From Pseudohongiellaceae bacterium (GTDB lineage: Bacteria; Pseudomonadota; Gammaproteobacteria; Pseudomonadales; Pseudohongiellaceae): 64,000 bases of DNA. The position numbers and the translations under genes were made by a program. Every line of letters starts with the position of its first letter. Position 1 is the first letter of the stretch. The DNA lies in the NCBI GenBank assembly GCA_041689205.1, contig JBDNGQ010000209.1:3842-67841 (forward strand). The letters run 5' to 3'. Shown here one piece after another: positions 40,785 through 51,699 of the stretch. Below the pieces are notes generated by a model. The model was not told the origin of the DNA and ran no database searches. It saw only the letters and a list, made by a program, of their open reading frames with translations.

Positions 40785-41423
40785 ATGAACAGTAAAAAAC
40801 GCGCAGAGATTTTCCGACGTCTGCAGGCAGAGAACCCGAATCCAAGCACCGAACTGGCTTTCACATCAACGTTTGAATTGCTGATTTCAGTCATCCTTTC
40901 TGCTCAGGCAACAGATGTCAGCGTTAATAAAGCCACAGCTAAACTTTATAAGGTTGCCAATACACCTGAAGCAATACAACAACTTGGGATTGAAGGCTTA
41001 AAGGAATACATCAAGACCATCGGCCTGTTTAATACCAAAGCAGCTAATGTAATCAAGACCTGCGCTGCATTGATAGAAAGACATAACTCACAGGTTCCGG
41101 ACACTCGGGAAGCACTTGAAGCGCTGCCAGGAGTGGGACGTAAAACGGCTAATGTCGTGCTGAATACGGCCTATCGACAGGCAACCATGGCTGTTGATAC
41201 TCATATCTTCAGGGTATCAAACAGAATCGCAATAGCACCCGGGAAAAACGTATTGGAAGTTGAACAGCGGTTATTGAAATTTATTCCCGCTGAATACCTG
41301 CTTGATGCGCATCACTGGCTGATTCTGCATGGGCGTTATGTCTGCCTTGCCAGGAAACCCCGTTGCGGAGCCTGCGTGATCTATGACCTGTGCGAATATA
41401 AGCATAAGACCGAAACGGACTGA
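40785..41423 (+). CDS. nth: Endonuclease III
   Basis: HhH-GPD (LPGVGRKTANVVL), the catalytic K/D context, and the C-terminal Fe-S motif C-x6-C-x2-C-x5-C (CLARKPRCGACVIYDLC). Confidence 0.95.
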   Translation: MNSKKRAEIFRRLQAENPNPSTELAFTSTFELLISVILSAQATDVSVNKATAKLYKVANTPEAIQQLGIEGLKEYIKTIGLFNTKAANVIKTCAALIERHNSQVPDTREALEALPGVGRKTANVVLNTAYRQATMAVDTHIFRVSNRIAIAPGKNVLEVEQRLLKFIPAEYLLDAHHWLILHGRYVCLARKPRCGACVIYDLCEYKHKTETD

Positions 41424-41456
41424 AACACAGGAGTCGAAATGACTCCTGTGTTTCAG
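41420..41456. terminator. 16-bp perfect stem-loop between the convergent nth and argG genes
   Basis: CTGAAACACAGGAGTC-GAAAT-GACTCCTGTGTTTCAG starts at the nth stop codon. Flanking T-runs are weak. Confidence 0.65.
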
Positions 41457-41635
41457 TATCAATGAGACTTCATTCAAGCAGTCAGGGCCCTTTGTAACCA
41501 GATTATCCATCATCGAGATTTTGTGGCTCACACCAGTCTGAGACGCGCGCATTTTTATTCACTGCCAGCCATTTGAGACCACACTTTCTGTGTTAAAGGT
41601 CAATTCTGAACAGACTGAATCAATCGAAGCTGTGC

Positions 41636-42853
41636 TCACTTCACTTTGCGACCCTTGCCAGCAGCGATGCGCAGACGCAATGCGTTCAGCTTGATAAATC
41701 CACCGGCATCAGCCTGATTGTAAGCACCACCATCCTCTTCGAAGGTGGCGATACTGACATCAAACAATGAATCATCGGATTCGCGTCCCACCACGACGAC
41801 ATTGCCCTTATAGAGTTTCAGGCGTACTTTTCCATTCACATAGACCTGCGATGCATCAATCAAACCCTGCAGTGCGAGACGTTCAGGCGACCACCAGTAG
41901 CCGTTATAGATCAACGATGCGTAACGAGGCATCAGGTCATCTTTGAGGTGAGCCAGTTCGCGGTCAAGCGTGATTGATTCAATAGCACGGTGCGCTTTCA
42001 ACATGACTGTCCCGCCTGGCGTTTCATAACAGCCCCGGGACTTCATGCCCACGTAACGGTTTTCGACGATATCTGAACGACCAATGCCATTGGCTCCGGC
42101 AATTTTATTAAGAGTGGCCAGTACTGTGGCAGGAGACATGCTTTCTCCATTTACAGCCACGATATCGCCCTTTTTGTAGCTCAGTTCAATGTATGTTGCC
42201 TGATCAGGCGCATTCTCAGGAGAGACAGTCCATAGCCACATATCTTCTTCCGGCTCGGAACCTGGATTCTCCAGAACGTCACCTTCATAAGAAATATGCA
42301 ACAGATTAGCATCCATGGAATAAGGAGATTTGGTACCGCGCTTCATTTCTACCGCAATATTATGCGTGTTGCAGTAGGCCAGCAGTTTGTCACGAGAATT
42401 CAGATCCCACTCGCGCCAGGGAGCAATAACTTTAATTCCTGGTGCAAGCGCATAAGCACCCAGCTCAAAACGTACCTGATCATTACCTTTACCGGTTGCC
42501 CCATGGGAGATCGCGTCAGCTCCGGTCTGCTCAGCAATTTCTACCAGCCGTTTCGCGATCAGTGGACGGGCGATTGATGTGCCCAGTAAATATTCGCCCT
42601 CGTAAATGGTATTGGCACGAAACATGGGATTAACGAAGTCTCTGGCGAACTCCTCACGCAGATCCTCGATATAGATCTCTTTAATGCCCATCGCCTGAGC
42701 TTTGGCGCGTGCTGGTTCAACCTCACCACCCTGGCCAAGATCTGCTGTAAACGTTACTACTTCACATTGATAATTTTCAGTTAGCCATCTTGCAATTACC
42801 GATGTATCCAGACCACCTGAATAGGCTAACACCACTTTGTTGATGCCCGACAT
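41636..42853 (-). CDS. argG: Argininosuccinate synthase
   Basis: I prefer the start at [19 protein letters not shown] (the ATP-binding AYSGGLDTS motif). The track ORF has a 47-aa upstream extension. Confidence 0.95.
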   Translation of the reverse strand: MSGINKVVLAYSGGLDTSVIARWLTENYQCEVVTFTADLGQGGEVEPARAKAQAMGIKEIYIEDLREEFARDFVNPMFRANTIYEGEYLLGTSIARPLIAKRLVEIAEQTGADAISHGATGKGNDQVRFELGAYALAPGIKVIAPWREWDLNSRDKLLAYCNTHNIAVEMKRGTKSPYSMDANLLHISYEGDVLENPGSEPEEDMWLWTVSPENAPDQATYIELSYKKGDIVAVNGESMSPATVLATLNKIAGANGIGRSDIVENRYVGMKSRGCYETPGGTVMLKAHRAIESITLDRELAHLKDDLMPRYASLIYNGYWWSPERLALQGLIDASQVYVNGKVRLKLYKGNVVVVGRESDDSLFDVSIATFEEDGGAYNQADAGGFIKLNALRLRIAAGKGRKVK

Positions 42854-43117
42854 TTGTTGCTCCTTGATAGATTCTACAAAACTGAGAGTGCACTGGTGGT
42901 ACACAGGACATAAGGGCCGCATTGTACATGGATAGGGCTTTGAATTCGATTGCAGCAAAGTAGATGTCATCGGGCCTGCGAGCAATGCCAGCAAAGATAG
43001 GGTAAACTTGCTCCTGTTTTAAATTCCCGTGAATATCCGGGCCTCACCCATATAAGCGCACTCTGAAACCGGCCGCCTGATGCGGTCGGTGACGATGCCA
43101 ACGGACCTGTCCCCGCC

Positions 43118-44161
43118 ATGAAACAGCTTACTCTGACCCAACCTGATGACTGGCACCTGCACCTGCGAGATGGGGCAGTTCTGCCATTTACCGTGGCAAC
43201 AAGCGCCCGCACCTTCAAGCGGGCTATCGTCATGCCTAATCTTCAGCCTCCGGTGACTACTACAGAGCAGGCTATAGCCTATCGCCAACGCATTCTGGAC
43301 GCAGCTCCTGCAGGTTCAGACTTTGAGCCTCTGATGACGCTATATCTGACTGACACCACCAGTGCCGAAGAAATTCGAAAGGCAAAAGACAGCGGCTATG
43401 TGCATGGGGTTAAGTATTACCCGGCTGGTGCCACCACCAATTCTGACAGCGGCGTAACCGATATAGAGAAGGTATATGGAGCGTTGCAACTGATGTCAGA
43501 GCTCGGCATGCCATTGTTAATCCATGGCGAAGTAACTGAACACACCGTGGATATTTTTGATCGGGAAAAAGTTTTTATAGACTCGGTGCTGCAACCCCTG
43601 ACCCAGCGTTTTCCTGATTTAAAGATTGTGCTGGAGCACATCACTACGGCTGATGCAGTCAGCTTTGTACAAAATGCAGGTCCACGGGTGGCGGCCACTA
43701 TTACTGTTCACCATCTGTTATATAACCGCAACCATATGCTGGCCGGGGGGATCAGGCCGCATCTTTACTGCCTGCCAGTGCTAAAACGCAATAAGCACCA
43801 GGATGCTCTGATTGCAGCTGCAACCAGTGGAAATCCCAAGTTTTTTCTGGGTACCGATTCAGCACCCCATGCCAAACATCTTAAAGAGCAGGCCTGTGGC
43901 TGTGCAGGTTGTTTCAGCGCTAATGCTGCCTTGGAGTTATATACCGAAGTATTCGAAGCCGCTAATGCCCTCGCCAGGCTGGAGGGTTTTGCCAGTTTCC
44001 ATGGCCCGGACTTTTATGGCCTGCCACGCAACCGCAATTCAATCACCCTGCAAAAGTCAGCGTGGACGGTGCCTGCAGCTTTCCCCTATGCCGGTGACGT
44101 TATTATTCCCTTGCGTGCTGGCGAACAAATAACCTGGCGAGTAGCCGGAGCAGATTTATGA
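43118..44161 (+). CDS. pyrC: Dihydroorotase (type II, E. coli-like)
   Basis: [11 protein letters not shown], ...LEHITT... and GTDSAPH motifs. Confidence 0.93.
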   Translation: MKQLTLTQPDDWHLHLRDGAVLPFTVATSARTFKRAIVMPNLQPPVTTTEQAIAYRQRILDAAPAGSDFEPLMTLYLTDTTSAEEIRKAKDSGYVHGVKYYPAGATTNSDSGVTDIEKVYGALQLMSELGMPLLIHGEVTEHTVDIFDREKVFIDSVLQPLTQRFPDLKIVLEHITTADAVSFVQNAGPRVAATITVHHLLYNRNHMLAGGIRPHLYCLPVLKRNKHQDALIAAATSGNPKFFLGTDSAPHAKHLKEQACGCAGCFSANAALELYTEVFEAANALARLEGFASFHGPDFYGLPRNRNSITLQKSAWTVPAAFPYAGDVIIPLRAGEQITWRVAGADL

Positions 44162-44808
44162 TGGATTTCTTCAAGACAGAACAGGATGAGCCCGTCAGCC
44201 TGATGGCCTCACGATTTCGGAATTACCTTCCTGTTGTGATTGATATTGAATGTGGTGGTTTTAATGCAAAGACTGATGCCATTCTGGAAATTTCTGCCGT
44301 TATCCTGGGCATGAGTGAGAAAGGTATTCTTGAAGTCGAGCAGACTTTTTTTCACCGCATCATTCCCTTCGAAGGCGCTAATATAGAAGCTGCGGCTCTC
44401 AAATTTACCGGCATTGATCCATTCCATCCTTTAAGGATAGCGCGCTCAGAAAAAGATGTCTTTGATGATATGTTTAAGATCATCCGCGGCGCGATGAAAT
44501 TAAATCAATGTAAGCGTGCCATCCTGGTCGCTCATAATGCTCATTTCGATCATGGCTTTATTAATGCAGCAGTAGCGCGCCATGACATCAAGCGCAATCC
44601 CTTTCATCCCTTCTCCAGCTTCGATACAGCCACCTTAAGTGGATTGGCGTTTGGCCAGACAGTTCTGGCCAGAGCCTGTGAAGCAGCGGGTATGGATTTT
44701 GATAATAACGAGGCGCACTCCGCACGTTATGATGCGGAAAAAACCGCACAGTTATTCTGCGGAATCGTTAACAAATGGAAGGCACTGGGCGGCTGGCCGA
44801 CTCAGTAG
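44158..44808 (+). CDS. rnt: Ribonuclease T
   Basis: DEDDh exonuclease motifs ([32 protein letters not shown]). It overlaps the pyrC stop by 4 nt. Confidence 0.92.
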   Translation: MMDFFKTEQDEPVSLMASRFRNYLPVVIDIECGGFNAKTDAILEISAVILGMSEKGILEVEQTFFHRIIPFEGANIEAAALKFTGIDPFHPLRIARSEKDVFDDMFKIIRGAMKLNQCKRAILVAHNAHFDHGFINAAVARHDIKRNPFHPFSSFDTATLSGLAFGQTVLARACEAAGMDFDNNEAHSARYDAEKTAQLFCGIVNKWKALGGWPTQ

Positions 44809-44813
44809 TGCTG

Positions 44814-45131
44814 TCAGACAGCGCCAGAGTTATCTATCAATGTCTGTAACTCACCTTTTTGAAACAGATCCGTAATGATGTCGCAGCCGCCAATCAACTC
44901 TCCGCCTATATATAGCTGAGGAAACGTAGGCCAGTCAGCGATCTTTGGCAGAGTCGTCCGAATTTCCGGGTTTGCCAGGATATCAACATAAGCAAAGCGC
45001 TTGCCGCAAGCCATCAGGCATTTAGTAACCTGGGCCGAGAAACCGCACTGCGGTTGGTCCGGCGATCCTTTCATGTATAACAGGATGGTGTTGGAACTGA
45101 TCTGATCTCTGATCGTTTGTTCAATGCTCAT
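44814..45131 (-). CDS. grxD: Monothiol glutaredoxin (Grx4 type)
   Basis: 105 aa with the CGFS active site and WPTFPQLYI.GELIGG. Confidence 0.92.
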   Translation of the reverse strand: MSIEQTIRDQISSNTILLYMKGSPDQPQCGFSAQVTKCLMACGKRFAYVDILANPEIRTTLPKIADWPTFPQLYIGGELIGGCDIITDLFQKGELQTLIDNSGAV

Positions 45132-45293
45132 AGGTTACCTGCTGTTTTAAGTTATCTGTTAGTTGATCATATCCGCCCGGATCAACTCCGGCTGATCTAA
45201 AGATGGGGCCATTCTACACACTTAACTTTGCTGGCAAAAGCAGGCAATTGCCTCTGGCAGACAATCTAATATAAGATAGCGACTTTATCAGGA

Positions 45294-45323
45294 GGGGTGG
45301 CAGCGGCTGCCCCTTTTAATTTT
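45294..45323 (+). terminator. Terminator-like hairpin plus T-tract in the argF 5' region (sense orientation)
   Basis: GGGGTGGC-AGCG-GCTGCCCC (8 bp including two G-U pairs), followed by TTTTAATTTT. It lies 48 nt upstream of the argF ATG. Confidence 0.5.
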
Positions 45324-45370
45324 CACTACGCTTTTAGATCACCCATCCAGATAAACAAGATATAAAAATA

Positions 45371-46273
45371 ATGGCAATCCGACATTTTTTAACTTTAATG
45401 GACTTATCCAGAGAAGAGCTCTACAGCATCATCAAACGAGCTATCGCGTTAAAGCGCAGCCCCGATTTGCGCAGTGAATCGCTGAAGCATAAAACCCTGG
45501 GCATGTTGTTTGAAAAATCTTCGACCCGCACGCGCGTGTCCTTTGAAGTAGCAATGACTCAGCTTGGTGGCAGTGCCATCTTCCTGTCTCCGGGTGATAC
45601 CCAGCTTGGTCGTGGTGAGCCTATGGAGGACACCGCCAGAGTGCTGTCGCGCATGGTCGATATCATCACTATCCGAACTTTTGAGCACGAAAAGCTGGAA
45701 CTGTTTGCTCGCCATTCGACGGTTCCAGTCATAAATTCTCTAACAGACGATTTTCATCCCTGTCAGTTACTGGCGGATATGCAGACCTTTTTTGAACATC
45801 GTGGTGATATCAGCGGCAAAACCGTGGCGTGGGTTGGTGACGGCCACAATATGTGCCAGTCCTATATAAACGCGGCTCGTCAATTCGATTTCGAGTTGAC
45901 TATTTCCTGTCCGGAAGGATTCGAGCCTCGTGCCGACCTGCTGGCTGCCAACAGCGATCGGGTGCGTCTGGTGCGCAAACCGGAAGAAGCTGTACGCGGT
46001 GCCAGTCTGATTGCAACAGATGTATGGGCCTCGATGGGACATGAGGACGAGCGAAATAAGCGCCTCGCTAAATTTGCACGCTACCAGGTAAATAGCGAAT
46101 TAATCTCGCTGGCTGAACCCGATGCTTTATTTATGCATTGTCTGCCGGCTCACCGCGGCGAAGAAGTCTCTGCTGAACTCCTCGATGCACCAGACAGTGT
46201 CGTCTGGGATGAAGCAGAAAATCGCCTGCACGCTCAGAAGGCCTTGCTGGAATTTCTATCTGCACATAACTGA
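45371..46273 (+). CDS. argF: Ornithine carbamoyltransferase
   Basis: STRTR, HPCQ, DVWASMG and HCLP motifs. 300 aa. Confidence 0.93.
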   Translation: MAIRHFLTLMDLSREELYSIIKRAIALKRSPDLRSESLKHKTLGMLFEKSSTRTRVSFEVAMTQLGGSAIFLSPGDTQLGRGEPMEDTARVLSRMVDIITIRTFEHEKLELFARHSTVPVINSLTDDFHPCQLLADMQTFFEHRGDISGKTVAWVGDGHNMCQSYINAARQFDFELTISCPEGFEPRADLLAANSDRVRLVRKPEEAVRGASLIATDVWASMGHEDERNKRLAKFARYQVNSELISLAEPDALFMHCLPAHRGEEVSAELLDAPDSVVWDEAENRLHAQKALLEFLSAHN

Positions 46274-46459
46274 TCCTGATTATGCGCTGCCTGTCAGCAA
46301 CTGAATTATCAGTGCCTTGGTCATGAACCGCTTCAACAACACAGTCTCCTGTCGACGCTTACAGTGTAATCAGCAAAATCCCGGCTGACGCCACCGCGCA
46401 AGCCCGTTGCGGCACATTACATCCACATCCTGTACACAGTTTATCCACAGAAAAAGCCC

Positions 46460-46521
46460 TTGCAATCAATGCAAAAGCGCTCTATCTTGTGTCCCTTGCC
46501 GCCAAAACATCTATATGTTGT
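46460..46521 (+). promoter_or_regulatory. Candidate nrdAB promoter (TTGCAA, 17 nt, TATCTT) with two NrdR-box-like palindromic elements
   Basis: The -35 is at 46460-46465 and the -10 at 46483-46488. Box-like elements are GCGCTCTATCTTGTGT (46477-46492) and AACATCTATATGTTGT (46506-46521). They resemble the NrdR consensus acaCwAtATaTwGtgt with centres about 29-30 bp apart. Confidence 0.4.
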
Positions 46522-46605
46522 ATGTTCATGTTCCTTTCACACACTAACAGCGGCGCAGTTTTTATCTAATAAAATCGTGGAATCAGCAATCACGGAGAGG
46601 CCCCA

Positions 46606-49464
46606 ATGCAGACAGATACTACCCATAACCCGCCAATTTCATCAGGCTCAAGCCAGTCCAGTAGCCAGCGTTCTTCAACAACTCCAGCAATTGCACCCGG
46701 ACAGATCCGGGTTATCAAACGTAATGGCGCAGTAGTGCCTTACGATGAATCCAAGATCATCGTGGCTATAACTAAAGCCTATCTGGCTGTTGAAGGAGGC
46801 ACGGCAGCTGCGTCTTCAAGAGTGCACGAGACAGTGTCTAAAATGGGCGGACAAATCTCCGTCATTTTCAAACGGCGGATGCCTTCTGGCGGCACTATCC
46901 ATATCGAAGATATTCAGGATCAGGTTGAATTAGCGTTGATGCGCACTGGCGAGCATAAAGTCGCACGCAGTTATGTTATCTATCGAGCTGATCATGCCCG
47001 TATGCGTGAATTACGGGTTCGTCAACAGGATACAACACAGTCTGAAATCATCGTCACTTATGCTGACGGCAACCAGGGGCCACTGGATACTGTCCGGCTG
47101 CGAACCGTGATTGATGAGGCTTGCGAAGGCCTCGAGAATGTTTCGGCAGATGCAATCTATGAAGAAACCATCAAGAACCTTTATCCAGGTGTGAAAATCG
47201 AAGACGTGCGCACCTCTTCAGTAATGACTGCCCGCACCATGGTAGAGAAAGATCCTAATTATTCGTATGTAACCGCACGCCTGCTGCTCGATACCTTGCG
47301 CTCGGAAGCGCTGCAATTTCTTGGTCTCGGTGAAAGCGCCACGCAATCAGAGATGCATTACCGTTATCCAACTGTGCTGCGTCCTTATATAGAAAAAGGT
47401 GTTGAGCTTGAATTGTTATCCCCACACCTGCTCGAATACGATCTGGATGTGCTGGGGGAAGCCATGCGCGCCGATCGCGACACGCAGTTTACCTATCTGG
47501 GGCTGCAGACCCTGTATGACCGCTATTTTATCCACAGCAATGACATTCGGTTCGAGCTGCCCCAGGTTTTCTATATGCGCGTCGCTATGGGGCTGGCAAC
47601 TCAGGAAGAAAACCGTGAAGAACGGGCTATAGAATTCTACAACCTGATCTCCAGCTTTGATTATATGGTTTCCACGCCGCAGCTGTTTAACTCCGGTACC
47701 CTGCGGCCACAACTGTCATCCTGCTTCCTGACCACGGTTCCTGATGACCTGCATGGTATTTACAGTGCTATCAAAGACAATGCCATGCTGTCCAAATGGG
47801 CCGGTGGTCTGGGTAATGACTGGACACCGGTACGGGCACTGGGCGCGCATATAAAAGGCACCAATGGCAGATCACAAGGTATCGTACCCTTCCTGAAAGT
47901 GGTGAACGATACAGCGGTTGCGGTAAACCAGGGCGGCAAACGCAAAGGCGCTGTCTGCTCCTATCTGGAAACCTGGCACCTGGACATCGAGGAATTCCTG
48001 GAATTACGCAAAAACACCGGTGATGACCGTCGTCGCGCCCATGATATGAATACCGCTAACTGGATACCCGATCTGTTTATGAAGCGCGTATTTGAAGATG
48101 GGGAGTGGACTCTGTTCTCTCCAAATAATGTCCGCGAACTGCACGATCTGCACGGGCTGGCGTTTGAAGATGCCTATATGGAATACGAACGTAAAGCCGC
48201 GGCTGGTCAGGTCGAAATCTACAAGACCGTGCAGGCGAAAGATCTATGGCGCAAAATGCTGTCGATGCTGTTCGAAACCGGCCATCCGTGGATCACCTTC
48301 AAGGACGCGTGTAATGTGCGTTCACCGCAGCAACATGTGGGAACAATCCACTCGTCGAATCTGTGTACTGAAATTACGCTAAATACCAGCAACGATGAAA
48401 TAGCCGTATGTAATCTTGGTTCCATCAATCTGATCAATCATGTGACCGAAACCGGTCTTGATACTCAGAAGCTGGAAAAGTCCATCAAGACGGCTGTGCG
48501 CATGCTCGACAACGTCATCGATATTAACTACTACTCGGTGCCACAGGCGAAAACTTCGAACCTGAAACACCGCCCTGTGGGCATGGGAATCATGGGATTC
48601 CAGGATGCTCTTTACATCCAGAAAATCCCTTATGCATCCGATGCAGCAGTTAAATTTGCTGACACCTCAATGGAGACGATCAGCTACTTTGCCATCAAGG
48701 CTTCGACTGATCTGGCTGAAGAGCGCGGCAGTTACCAGAGCTACACCGGCTCATTATGGGATCAGGGAATTCTGCCAATCGACTCGCTGAAAATGCTCAG
48801 TGAAGTTCGCGGTGATAAATACCTTGAAGTGAATATGGATCAGACTCTGAACTGGGAGAGCCTGCGTCAGCGGATAAAATCTGTCGGTATGCGCAACTCC
48901 AATGTACTGGCAATAGCGCCTACTGCGACCATTGCCAATATCACCGGCGTCTCACAGTCAATTGAACCCACCTACCAGAACCTGTATGTGAAATCCAATC
49001 TGTCCGGCGAGTTCACCGTGGTTAATCCTTATCTGGTCCGTGATCTAAAAGCGCTCGATCTATGGGACAGCGTGATGGTCAATGACTTGAAATATTACAA
49101 CGGCAGTGTGCAACAGATTGACCGGATACCTCAGCATCTTAAGGATCTGTATGCCACAGCCTTTGAAATTGAACCGCGCTGGCTGGTTGATGCGGCCAGT
49201 CGACGACAGAAATGGATAGATCAGGCGCAATCACTGAATCTATATATTGCTGGTGCCAATGGCAAGAAACTCGATATCACTTATCGCATGGCCTGGCTGC
49301 GTGGACTCAAAACGACTTACTACCTGCGCTCTCTGGCAGCTACAACAACCGAGAAATCTACCATCTCTGATCGAACATTGAATGCCGTTTCTAATCTGGA
49401 AGAAGCGGCCCCGGTGCCGCTGGCCTGTTCAATTGATGATCCGGATTGTGAAGCCTGTCAGTAG
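46606..49464 (+). CDS. nrdA: Ribonucleoside-diphosphate reductase subunit alpha (class Ia)
   Basis: 952 aa with ATP-cone(s) at the N-terminus (VIKRNGAVVPYDESKI), the catalytic NLCTEI motif and a C-terminal Cys pair (CEAC). Confidence 0.97.
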   Translation: MQTDTTHNPPISSGSSQSSSQRSSTTPAIAPGQIRVIKRNGAVVPYDESKIIVAITKAYLAVEGGTAAASSRVHETVSKMGGQISVIFKRRMPSGGTIHIEDIQDQVELALMRTGEHKVARSYVIYRADHARMRELRVRQQDTTQSEIIVTYADGNQGPLDTVRLRTVIDEACEGLENVSADAIYEETIKNLYPGVKIEDVRTSSVMTARTMVEKDPNYSYVTARLLLDTLRSEALQFLGLGESATQSEMHYRYPTVLRPYIEKGVELELLSPHLLEYDLDVLGEAMRADRDTQFTYLGLQTLYDRYFIHSNDIRFELPQVFYMRVAMGLATQEENREERAIEFYNLISSFDYMVSTPQLFNSGTLRPQLSSCFLTTVPDDLHGIYSAIKDNAMLSKWAGGLGNDWTPVRALGAHIKGTNGRSQGIVPFLKVVNDTAVAVNQGGKRKGAVCSYLETWHLDIEEFLELRKNTGDDRRRAHDMNTANWIPDLFMKRVFEDGEWTLFSPNNVRELHDLHGLAFEDAYMEYERKAAAGQVEIYKTVQAKDLWRKMLSMLFETGHPWITFKDACNVRSPQQHVGTIHSSNLCTEITLNTSNDEIAVCNLGSINLINHVTETGLDTQKLEKSIKTAVRMLDNVIDINYYSVPQAKTSNLKHRPVGMGIMGFQDALYIQKIPYASDAAVKFADTSMETISYFAIKASTDLAEERGSYQSYTGSLWDQGILPIDSLKMLSEVRGDKYLEVNMDQTLNWESLRQRIKSVGMRNSNVLAIAPTATIANITGVSQSIEPTYQNLYVKSNLSGEFTVVNPYLVRDLKALDLWDSVMVNDLKYYNGSVQQIDRIPQHLKDLYATAFEIEPRWLVDAASRRQKWIDQAQSLNLYIAGANGKKLDITYRMAWLRGLKTTYYLRSLAATTTEKSTISDRTLNAVSNLEEAAPVPLACSIDDPDCEACQ

Positions 49465-49519
49465 AAGTCGGTCAGTAGAATCTGTCAGTAAATAGAACGA
49501 AGTTTTTCAGGAGGTAACC

Positions 49520-50851
49520 ATGATTTCATGGGAAGAGTTTAATCAGGACGAAGATATCAACACCGGAAGCAGTGTTAAAAAAACTGCCCCTCCAAAAATG
49601 GAGCCGGTCCATGAACTGCAACAGCAGGCCGAGCGCAGTCTTGCTGATGCGATGGCCACAGCCGAGCGCAGTCGTTCCGCAGAAGCCGTTGCCAATGGCA
49701 CACAGCGCATTGCTCCACGTAACGAAGTAACGCGGGCAACCGAGGCTGTTAACAGTGAAATTCTGCAGAGAGCAATCGATTCTCTGGAGGACCTGGATGT
49801 CAGTGCCGGAACTGAAGAGCTTGATGAGTCCGCTCAGCGTGTAACCGTTGATGATAAACGCATGATTAACTGTCGTGCCGATCTCAATCAACTGGTGCCA
49901 TTCAAGTATGACTGGGCCTGGCAGAAGTATCTTGATGGTTGTGCTAATCACTGGATGCCACAGGAAATTAATATGAACGCGGATATCGCGTTATGGAAAA
50001 ACCCTAATGGTCTGACTGCCGATGAACGTCTTATCGTAAAACGTAACCTCGGATTTTTCGCGACGGCAGACTCCCTGGTAGCCAATAATCTGGTGCTGGC
50101 GATTTATCGGCTGATCACCAATCCGGAATGTCGACAGTACATTTTGCGACAGGCTTTTGAAGAAGCGATTCACACCCATGCTTATCAGTATTGTATTGAG
50201 TCCCTGGGCATGGACGAAGGCGAAATTTTCAACATGTATCACGAAGTGCCTTCGGTTGCTAAAAAAGCATCCTGGGGGCTGAAGTATACCAAGAACCTTA
50301 ATGATCCCAATTTTCAGACCGGCACGGTGGAAACCGATCAGGCTCTGCTCAAAAACCTGATTGCGTTCTATTGCTGTCTGGAAGGAATATTCTTTTATTG
50401 TGGTTTTACTCAGATTCTCTCCATGGGCCGTCGTAATAAGATGACCGGCACCTCAGAGCAGTTCCAGTACATTTTACGTGATGAATCCATGCATCTGAAT
50501 TTCGGCATCGATATGATCAATCAGATCAAGCTTGAGGATCCGCAGTTGTGGACTAACAAGATGAAGGAAGAAGCCACGCAGATGATTCTGCAGGCAACGC
50601 AACTGGAAATCGAATATGCACGGGACACCATGCCACGTGGCGTGCTCGGTATGAATGCAGTCATGATGGAAGAGTACCTGCAGTTTATCGCCAACCGTCG
50701 TCTTGTGCAGATTGGTCTGCCCGAACAGTTCAGAGGAGTGAAAAATCCCTTCCCGTGGATGTCAGAAATCATGGATCTGCGTAAAGAAAAGAATTTCTTT
50801 GAAACCCGCGTCATTGAGTATCAGACAGGTGGTGCGCTGACCTGGGAATAA
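49520..50851 (+). CDS. nrdB: Ribonucleoside-diphosphate reductase subunit beta
   Basis: Di-iron/tyrosyl motifs ([14 protein letters not shown]), the C-terminal tail ...GGALTWE, and a long N-terminal extension like the pseudomonad-type NrdB. Confidence 0.96.
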   Translation: MISWEEFNQDEDINTGSSVKKTAPPKMEPVHELQQQAERSLADAMATAERSRSAEAVANGTQRIAPRNEVTRATEAVNSEILQRAIDSLEDLDVSAGTEELDESAQRVTVDDKRMINCRADLNQLVPFKYDWAWQKYLDGCANHWMPQEINMNADIALWKNPNGLTADERLIVKRNLGFFATADSLVANNLVLAIYRLITNPECRQYILRQAFEEAIHTHAYQYCIESLGMDEGEIFNMYHEVPSVAKKASWGLKYTKNLNDPNFQTGTVETDQALLKNLIAFYCCLEGIFFYCGFTQILSMGRRNKMTGTSEQFQYILRDESMHLNFGIDMINQIKLEDPQLWTNKMKEEATQMILQATQLEIEYARDTMPRGVLGMNAVMMEEYLQFIANRRLVQIGLPEQFRGVKNPFPWMSEIMDLRKEKNFFETRVIEYQTGGALTWE

Positions 50852-50881
50852 TGTTAAGAGCTTTGCCTGGCGTATTGCTTT

Positions 50882-50910
50882 GGCCTGTTCAAGAACATCC
50901 TGGACAGGCC
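50882..50910 (+). terminator. Weak terminator candidate after nrdB
   Basis: GGCCTGT...ACAGGCC 7-bp stem with a 15-nt loop and no clear U-tract. Confidence 0.3.
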
Positions 50911-50953
50911 TTCGCAAGTGTGCTCCAGATGCACAGCATCTTGAGTAAAAACC

Positions 50954-51577
50954 ATGAGTATGAAAAAAGGTGTTCTGGTTCTTGCTGCAGGCTTCAGCAG
51001 CCGCTTTGGTGGCAGCAAATTAAACGCAATCCTCGGTAATGGCAGCACTGTTCTGCAGCAGACTTTGCAGCATGTCAGTGCGGCCTCCGACAATATTTTG
51101 ATTATCACCCGCAGCGAACTGATCGAGGATGGAATTTTGGATAGCGGTGTCTGTCACTCAGATTCACCGGGTCGCAATATAACTGCCGATCAAAAATCCG
51201 CGCTGCGCACGGTTTTGTGCGAAGACTCTCATCTGGGCATGGGGCAGACCCTGTCGTTTGGCATCAGTCAGATCCGTGACTGGGATGCCTGTCTGGTCTG
51301 TCTCGGCGACATGCCCTTCATCCGAACTTCCACATACCAACAACTGCTGGCGGTATTGCAGGCAGATAATATTGTGATTCCTGAGTACCAAGGTAAGACC
51401 GGCAACCCTGTTGGTTTTGGTAAATATTTTTTCGAGGAACTGCTGCACTTATCGGGTGATACCGGTGGCCGTGAAATCATCCAGGCTTACCCACAGCAGG
51501 TGCTCAGGATTTCAGTCAGTGACGGCGCAATTCTAGAAGATATTGATACGCGTGCTGACCTGCAGCGGTTACAGTAG
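50954..51577 (+). CDS. MobA/MocA-like nucleotidyltransferase family protein
   Basis: The N-terminal LAAGFSSRFGG.K motif (NTP_transf_3 type) and GDMPF. 207 aa. Confidence 0.7.
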   Translation: MSMKKGVLVLAAGFSSRFGGSKLNAILGNGSTVLQQTLQHVSAASDNILIITRSELIEDGILDSGVCHSDSPGRNITADQKSALRTVLCEDSHLGMGQTLSFGISQIRDWDACLVCLGDMPFIRTSTYQQLLAVLQADNIVIPEYQGKTGNPVGFGKYFFEELLHLSGDTGGREIIQAYPQQVLRISVSDGAILEDIDTRADLQRLQ

Positions 51578-51699
51578 TCATAAAGATTGCAATCCGAGGA
51601 CCAGCGGTCATACAATCCGAAGAAAACCAGCCAGCATATATCGCCTCGCTGACTGAACCAGTCTCAAGAAATCACAGTGAAGGATTGATACCCTGGCTA

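Noticed and set aside
42930-42960. ARG-box-like string TTTGAATTCGATTGCA upstream of argG
   Set aside because: The half-site spacing and the right half do not fit TGAAT-N4-ATTCA. Regulation by an enterobacterial-type ArgR cannot be supported from this.
46460-46735. 91-aa ORF in the nrdA leader that overlaps the nrdA start
   Set aside because: It is out of frame with nrdA, covers the promoter/operator region, and has no SD.
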